Shown here: piece after piece, positions 55,201-64,000 of the stretch
How positions within the stretch are numbered: the stretch's first letter is position 1
How the letters are laid out: the number at the start of each line of letters is the position of its first letter
NCBI RefSeq assembly: GCF_009914755.1
Contig: NC_060942.1
DNA from: the human T2T-CHM13v2.0 reference genome, Homo sapiens
DNA: 64,000 bases
Strand: one strand, 5' to 3'
The notes under the pieces: model-generated
The model's input: the letters and a program-made list of their open reading frames with translations, nothing else
The model's database searches: none
Told to the model about the DNA's origin: nothing
Position numbers and translations under genes: made by a program

Positions 55201-57289
55201 ATGTTTCCACTGAAAAGAGGATTGTGATAATTTTCGAGTGTACAAGTCAAGAGATACACAATGTACATATGTGAGCATCATTGCTATCTGAAACAGAAAT
55301 GCATCTCAATTTCAAAAACACTTTGTTTCCATATCTTTCATATTCTAGTTTAAGCTATTTTAAAGCTTGAACCATCAGTTCAAATCAAGGAAGTATGGCA
55401 ATTTCATATGGTTTAATCTAATATGCAATGTTCATGCTTGTAAATCCATTGTCCAACTTATGCTAGAATTTAATATGTATTAGTTGAGTGAATAATGAAA
55501 TATTGGACCTCACATCATTTACCCTTGTCCTAAGTATACCCAAGGATCCAAGTGAGTTACCTTTTAGAATTATATCTCTGAATGGTACATTTGCCTTTTT
55601 TTTTGACTACCTAGCCTCTGAATATGCTTCCTATTTTTGGTGAATTCTATTAATATATCATATGTGTCTTAGTGGGAGGCAAAGATTTTTACTATGGAGG
55701 CCAAAAGGCTCAAAGGACCATGGGAAAATATTTAATATAGAAATATTTTAAATGGATTTCTTAATAGCTTTTATAGCTGATTAAGCTGACATACAGAGAA
55801 TTTAAGGGTATGCCTCAACATTCCTTTTATTCCTATTATCTTTTTTTAAAATGCAAATATATATATATAAATTGTTGCAATTGAAAAATACATAAATATA
55901 TTGGTAATATCTAATAATCTTTCTAATTATTTGTGCTTAAAAAAGCACAAATACTCCCTTACAAAATATCAATAGTTTACATTAAAGTGTTAACTCAGAA
56001 AAGTGATTAAAATGGTTCTTAGAAAAGTATCCTTCTATAAAATGAAGTAAAATGCTTATTTTGAACTGAAACTTTAAGTCTGTTTCTAAATCTGACACTT
56101 TTCTTTTGCCAGATATTTTTTAAAAATAACCCCAGACAAGGAATGAACATCAGCTGTTTTAGAAGGTACAAATTCATAATAAAGTAAGTAATTGATTTAG
56201 GAAAGGGAATACATTTTTGAGCTAATCCATGCTGCCATAAATGACTAGGATCTGAGATTCAAACACAGAAGCTCAAGTGACAAAATTTCTGTTTCTAATC
56301 CATTTAAATGGCTGGCAGAACAAGAAGAATGCTTACAAACTGCTGAATATTTGAAGGATGCCTTTAGCTGTTAGTCCTCGAGATGCTTTTTGAAATTCTG
56401 TGAACCGCAGCCATTGCATAGCAAAACTTCCTTCATAATAAGTCCCTTATATTCCACAACACCTTCAAGGTGTTTTGCTTTTACTCATGCTTTCATGAGT
56501 AAAGCAGACGTATATATAACCTTTAAATGATTTTAACTTAAAAACATTCTTTTAAGTCTGTAAAAAAAAATTTAAATAGCTCAACTTAGTTTCCTCAAAA
56601 CCAAAAATGAGGGTAAAATACTTTTTATGCGAAGATTCAGTTTCTAAGCATTTTTTGCCTTTATGTTTTTATTGAGTTAGGGAAATATTATAAACCTAAA
56701 AAAGGCAAAAGAAGCAGAATACTATACATTAATCCTGAAGCATTCTTCTTATTACAAATTCTTCATTCAGGTTTGTGTCTTTTTGACCTTTATCTAATTA
56801 TCTAGCCTGGGGAAAAATATTTTTCTTCTTTTTCACCTTTTCTGAGTGTATACATATCTATATATCCAGATATGTATTTCCAACACAACGCACATTTGAT
56901 AGTCTTCTTTTCCCTTGGTTTTTAATGAATACTTTTCAAATTTTCTATAACCATAGTGAAATAAAAATTGTAAAAAAAGTTATTTTACTCTTCATTTTAT
57001 ATGGTACCCAATAAGGACATTTTTATACCTACCTGTTATAATTATTAGGAAGGATTTATAAAAATCATAATGTCCTACTTCAATTTCTCTAAATAAAATC
57101 TTAATCACTTAATGTTAAAAAAAAATTTTAATTTAACTTAAAATAATTTGTATTGTTTAGATTTTCAAAATATTAAACAGGGATTTCAGTCAACTGTTAA
57201 AATAGGAATTTCTTCTATAGTTTTTCCAGACTTCAGACACATTCAACCAATGGCTGCAGAGAACAGAGTTTAACTGCCAGTCAAAATAA

Positions 57290-57500
57290 AATAATGATCT
57301 ATATCTACACTGTCTGACACAGTAGCCACCGGTCACATGTAGCTATTTAAATTTGAATTAAAATTAAATTAGAATAGTTTCTCAGTAACACTAGCCATAT
57401 TTCAAGTACTCAATAGCCACAATGTGGAGAGCGACTATCAAGTTGGACAGTGTAACTAAAGAACTATTCTGAGATTGCAGAAAGACAACTGGGCACTGAT
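57290..57500. mobile_element. MER33-type hAT-Charlie MITE
   Basis: gtagccac...cacatgtagctatttaaattt...ctagccatatttcaagtactcaatagccac. Confidence 0.75.
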
Positions 57501-57518
57501 TCCTAGGCTTTTCTTTTG

Positions 57519-57712
57519 TTTTCAACTTAGGGTAATTTTGTCCCACAAGGGACATTTGCAACATCTGAAGATATTTTTATTTGTCACAGTTGGGAGAAGG
57601 GGAGCTAAGAACATGCAGCAGGTAGAGGCCAGGAAGCTGCTAAACATTATGCAATGCAGAGGACATCCCTCTCCAACAAAGAGTTGTGTGTCAATAGTGG
57701 CAACACTGAGTT
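57519..57712 (+). mobile_element. MER20 hAT-Charlie MITE
   Basis: gggacatttgcaacatctgaagatattttt...gtagaggccaggaagctgctaaacat...aacaaagag. Confidence 0.8.
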
Positions 57713-58770
57713 TGATATACATTCCTTAAAATTGTGTGTTATATGAGGTAGGTCCCATGCCTTTTTTTTTCTTACTGTGATACACACACACACACGCACA
57801 AACACACACACCCCTAATATAGGAAGCTCTAAAAGAAAGGTAATGTTAGACAAATAAATCAAGATACAGAAGAGCATAAATGACATAATTCTAGGTTTTT
57901 GATGACAAAATTTTCTGAGTATGTATATGGGTGTGTATTTGTAAACAGGAAAAAAAGAAATTTTACAGAAGGTTGTCAATATGGATTACCTAGGAGAGTA
58001 CCATTGTCAGAAGGAAGGACAGAAGAAAAGAAGATAAATATGTAAAACTTGTGTTACAAAATATAATTATGGTAAAAAGTTATATTTTAATCATTTAAAT
58101 GATGGAGAATGTAAGAACTAACTCAAATGAAGCCAATGAAAGGAAAACTTTAAGCATGTGAAAACTCATTAATTAATATGGTATTTTCATTCTAGAAGAG
58201 AAACAGCTAATAATTGAGAAAAATAATGCAGTTTCATACAGTGATAAGTCCTCTGAAGAATGTTAACAATTAGGAAATAGGTAAGGGGAGATAGTCCTGA
58301 GCTCAGGAAAGATGTCAGGGCTTGGAGAAATAAATTTGGGATTCATCTAGATAGAGATGTTATGGAAAGCAACATGGTTAGATGTAGTGTACTAGGGAGT
58401 GAGAAAAAGGAAGAGGGAGTTGAAGCCTGCACTCTGGCATCTATAGAATAGAACATAGAAAAGGAGCCCACAGAGATGAATGAGACAGAAATGGCACCAG
58501 AAAAAAAAAGGGGGGGAGGCATTGTCCTTAAACATTAGCGTTGAAGGAGATGAGGACTAAGGGTTGACCAATGAATTAAGCAATAAGAAGCCTGCTGGTG
58601 ATGTTCACAAGAACAAGTGAAGTTGGTGGCAAGGATGAAAGCCTACTTGAGATGAGCCAAAAAGGATAGAGTGGAAATAACGGGAAAACTCTTTCAGAGT
58701 TTCACTATAAAGTCTTTTGCAGGGGTGGTGCAGAGAAATAGGGTGATGAATGAAGAGGTGCAATGGGATA

Positions 58771-59495
<725 letters not shown>

Positions 59496-61311
59496 TAATC
59501 AATCGAGGCATTTTAAAGAAGATATTTATCAAATTATGTTTGTATGTAGATTCTAATAATCCAGTAGAGTGGGGAAAACCTCTGATGCAGGAGAAAGAGG
59601 ACGGATCACTGCAAGAGAAAACTCAGCAAGAAATGTAAGAAAAAAGTATCTTACATGTAAGGCAAGGAAGGGTTAGGCCTAGGTTAGAATATCATCAATA
59701 TATCATGAGAAAGTGCTTTTCCCTAAGAGTATATAATATTTGGAGTTATTCTACTGCATTTGATTAAAATCAATATAGATTTATATCACAGCAGTTGTGC
59801 CATAGCCAAAGACCTGCAGCTTGCAACTTCAGTCAAGTAAACAATGAATTTGCATGATGAGAGACATCCTCTACATTCTCTATACACCCTCTACATTATC
59901 TATATTCCCTAAAATTATATATAGACTAAGACGGCAAGGAGATACCTAAGTTAAATGCATAAGCAAATTAATGGAGTGATATACATTACTAAGAATATTT
60001 CAGTTACTCTATGATCTTGGTACTATACAATGGCCATTAAAAAAATACAAAATCTGAGGAATGCCTACTCATGTTTTAGAAGAAAAGAGAAAATTTATAT
60101 CTAAATCAGAAAAACTTCATTCTTATAATATTTCCAAATAAATCGCTTTTCTACTACAATAGCTATTTTAGCACGTAGCAATTAAGATACTATCTTAAAG
60201 TCACTGATAATCAATGCATTCCTCATTTTCTTATAACTCATGCTAACAAGGACACCAGCATCTTTTAAGATTAATCTGAAGTGAGAAAAAGAAAAGCCCC
60301 TCTGTTCTTGGACGTTTTTTATGCTTAAAACTAGGGATTTCTTAAGCCTTGCCAACACAAACAGAACACAAATAGCAGCTAGAAATACAGCAATCTTTTG
60401 CAACCAGTTTGTAATAGCAACTGTCAGAGAAAGCAAAGATTTTTTCAGTATCTATAAATGTAAGTACAAAACTCTTCAATCAAAAAGTTCATATGAACTT
60501 GTTAAATACAGAAATAATACACAAATTTTGAATATAACTGGCCAATTTCCTTCTATTTAAAACCCTTTTTGTCAGCAATTACCAAAATAAGTCACATTGA
60601 CTTGTATACATAATTGTATATTTACAAAGACAAAAATCTACAAAGGTAGTGTTCAAAGATCTCCAAAAATATTAGGCCTACAATGTTAGTATGACATCTA
60701 CTTTCTCTACATATCTAGCTTTCTTCCTATCAAGAATAGGCTGATTCAGAAATCTTTCATGAACCCAGGAATAAGAGATCATGAACTTTCTTTCCTTAAC
60801 AGCTGGATAAAGTAGCTCAAAAATCACAGCAAATATTGTCTTACTCAGCACTATTGCTCTGGTAAAATTTCCTTTAATATCTAGTGATTCTTAGTTGAAA
60901 CTTGTCTTTTACATAAAAGATAAACATCCAAATTAATCTTTTGATCATATTTAAATGCTTAATTTAGTCGGAAGAATGACAGCCCAAGAAATCAAAGCTA
61001 GAAAATATCACAGAAACCAAACTGTATTGATATAACACATATTTTAAGTTCAGGGAGCAAAACATGAATTAACTTGAATTTTATAACCAATATCTGCTTA
61101 TAAATCAGTCTAACACCTTGGTTTTGAACAGTTTTGAATTAAAAAATAGTGAAGTGGATGATATAACCTAAATACATAGAGAAAAGTTCCCATAGAAATG
61201 GGTAGATTTTTAAAAATTGACACAAGAATTAAGAGGTAGTTGTTGTTTCCATGCATTCTGACTCATTTTTTTGCTGTTGTTTTGCTTATTTAGTCAAACT
61301 GAAAGGCTTAC

Positions 61312-61444
61312 CATCTTGCTGGCCATGAAGATTCTGGGGACTTTGCATTCTTTCTTCAAGATTGGAGCTAAGATCAGAGTTCACAGCTGACATCCGTGTT
61401 GAATCACTCATGTCAAATTCATCACTTTCTATTGAACTTTCATC
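61312..61444 (-). CDS. NOL4: Internal coding exon (probably exon 5) of nucleolar protein 4
   Basis: Minus strand reads ctattttcag|GATGAAAGTTCA...CAGCAAGATG|gtaagc: canonical acceptor and donor, 133 nt (phase 0 start, phase 1 end), open frame [44 protein letters not shown]. Peptide recognised from memory of human NOL4; exon number is recalled, not verified. Confidence 0.93.
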
Positions 61445-61604
61445 CTGAAAATAGTTTTAAAATATCATCAAGCATTTTAACGTATAATACGTTTAAATAA
61501 TAACCATTTTATCTACACAGTCAATTGAAGTTTAACCAGTAAATTTTTACAGAATTCAGAAAAATATGTTACAAACTAATAGATGTTTAAAATAGCAAAC
61601 AATG

Positions 61605-61938
<334 letters not shown>

Positions 61939-62569
61939 TCAAGGAATTTCAAGACTTGTGAAATAATATAAAGAATGATTTTATAGTAAATACTTTCTAA
62001 AAGAGTTAATCATAAAATGTAACATAAAGAGAAATACAAGTTTTGATTTAAAACTAAATGACCAAAAAATGTTGTAAGCAGAAATCTTAGAATGCAGAAA
62101 GGGCTTTATAAAAAAATTTTCATTGGCAAACAGGATAGATTCTAATATAGCCAACTTATATATTAGGTTCAAAGTCCACATGTAATGGAGAGCAAGCTAA
62201 TCTTAGTACACCCTTTCTTTCTTTACAAGCAAATATAAATTGCACGGCAACCACAAAGAGGAGTTCTAGGTAAAATTGTGCATGAAACATTTACTAAAAG
62301 TCAGTTCATAAAATGGAATTACCAAAAGGCCAGTTTGCTGAATGGCCAATTTATCAAAACTTTCCAAATGTTAAACCAAATCTAGGATATATTATTGCAG
62401 TCATTTTTCTGAAGCAAACTTCGTTTGGAGAACTGATTTTTGGACAAATGGTATACTTATACAGGCTGGAAGGCCCGGGAAACCTGTGCAAAATGTAAAT
62501 GTTTAATCAAAATCTCTAGCTTTGACTTTAATTTGTAAATGTTTGATCTGAACGTTTAACACGAATATA

Positions 62570-62760
62570 ATAATCAGCAGTAGTAGTGCTGCTATTTATG
62601 TTGCACACGTTGTTCTTTATATTTTATCACAACTATGAATTAGCTACAAATTTGCAAACAATTTATAGATGAAGAAATTGAGGCACAGAGAAGTTAAATC
62701 ATTTTCCCTGCTATTATATACTAGAACCGGTAGTCATATGAAGTCATCCAGACTCGAGGA
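62570..62760 (-). mobile_element. MIR SINE
   Basis: gatgaagaaattgaggcacagagaagttaa core. Confidence 0.75.
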
Positions 62761-63093
62761 AACAATATATTTGAATAGGAAGAATTACCCTGGTTTCATA
62801 AATGACATCTTGGCATCAGCAAAGGAGTTTCTATTATTAACGAACAAGACTATCCTGGTAGACTAATAAATTGGCATTCTGATTCTTATATCAGGCTTGG
62901 TGGTTTTGGCTGTGGTGTCTTTCCTTTATCAAAGACTGGGTCATGCTTGGGCACACTGAGTAGCACTAGCTCTTCATTAAGTCAGTAAGGAAATGCCACT
63001 GTGTCAGATCCATGGACAATCAGCCACATAGACTTCTCTTAGTTGCATGCCCTCTCTCAATACATTATGTTTACTCCAATTCTAAATTCTAAT

Positions 63094-63098
<5 letters not shown>

Positions 63099-63130
<32 letters not shown>
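63099..63130. repeat. (TG)16 microsatellite
   Basis: Read directly. Confidence 0.95.
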
Positions 63131-63134
<4 letters not shown>

Positions 63135-63299
63135 CAAAAATAAGAGACTTCAATGTGGACTGACATTATCAGTGATAACAATGTGGACTTGTTACTAGTG
63201 TTGATCATATACAAATACATACATATATATATACACACGTTGATAGATGATACAGATATCTATTAGATACACTATATTTACTTTCTGTGATGTCATAGT

Positions 63300-63545
63300 A
63301 TTTTAGAGGATATTCTCAGAAGCCAGACTTCCTAGATTCAGGTCCATATTCTGCCAGTTATTAGATATGCTACCTTAAGCAAGTTACCTCAACTTACTGT
63401 GCCTCAGTTTCTTTATCTATACAATGGAAATAAAAATTGTGCTGCTCTCACAGAGTCACATGTGGAGTGAGGGCGTGTACTATATTTAAAGTATCTAGAA
63501 CAATGTCAGGTACATGATAAGCACAATAAAATGGTTTAATATTAC
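63300..63545 (+). mobile_element. MIR SINE
   Basis: accttaagcaagttacctcaacttactgtgcctcagtttctttatctatacaatgg. Confidence 0.85.
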
Positions 63546-64000
63546 TATATGGAATATACAATACATTCTACAGTATATAAAATTATGCACATTTATTACA
63601 GTATATGAACATATACAACAAAATATAACACATTTCAATATAATGGTAAAGGCAAACAAAATGTGTTACTAAAGTAGCTGTGTGTTTACATAAACATATA
63701 AACAGTCTTTATAAGTATTTGTTATAAAGGTCACAAAAAGCTAACTATAAGTAATCTAGTAAAATATCATTTATATGGCATATAAATATGTAAAATGTAT
63801 ATGTATATGAGGATATGTATGTGTGTGTGTATTTATGTTTAAAGAAGAGCTAAATATAAATATTCAAGTCACAGCCTCTGTTCTATGAAATGGTTGTAAA
63901 AACAGCCACAGCATATTATGGAAAATCAATATATTTTTTATCACCACTAAAATGTATGCTGACACTCTTGCCAGCATACATTTTAATAAATTCAGATGAG

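Noticed and set aside
56476-56506. Hairpin TTTACTCATG-CTTT-CATGAGTAAA (similar small palindromes near 50678-50696 and 63166-63178)
   Set aside because: Stems of 10 bp or less are expected by chance in 64 kb of AT-rich DNA and are too short for a pre-miRNA.

Overview
AT-rich primate (most likely human) genomic DNA; Alu elements including AluY are present. The only protein-coding sequence I can support is one 133-nt minus-strand exon at 61312-61444 with canonical AG/GT ends. It encodes [44 protein letters not shown], which I recognise from memory as an internal exon (probably exon 5) of NOL4. Positions 1-61311 are therefore part of one very long downstream intron and 61445-64000 are the end of the upstream intron. 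The introns are filled with decayed transposons (a near full-length old L1, other L1 pieces, nine Alu/FLAM copies, MIR, L2, MaLR/ERV LTRs, Tigger and hAT MITEs) and microsatellites. Almost all ORFs in the supplied track are repeat-derived or spurious. I see no evidence of a new multi-gene system. The best leads concern NOL4 regulation: a candidate internal promoter with overlapping RFX and MYB sites (~16.3-16.5 kb); a nearby strong-Kozak ATG with a phase-1 donor next to a (UG)n tract (~16.9 kb); and a candidate 40-nt poison exon (54241-54280). Several repair or retrotransposition scars are also visible. Repeat subfamily names were assigned by eye from remembered consensus sequences, and boundaries of old repeats are approximate.
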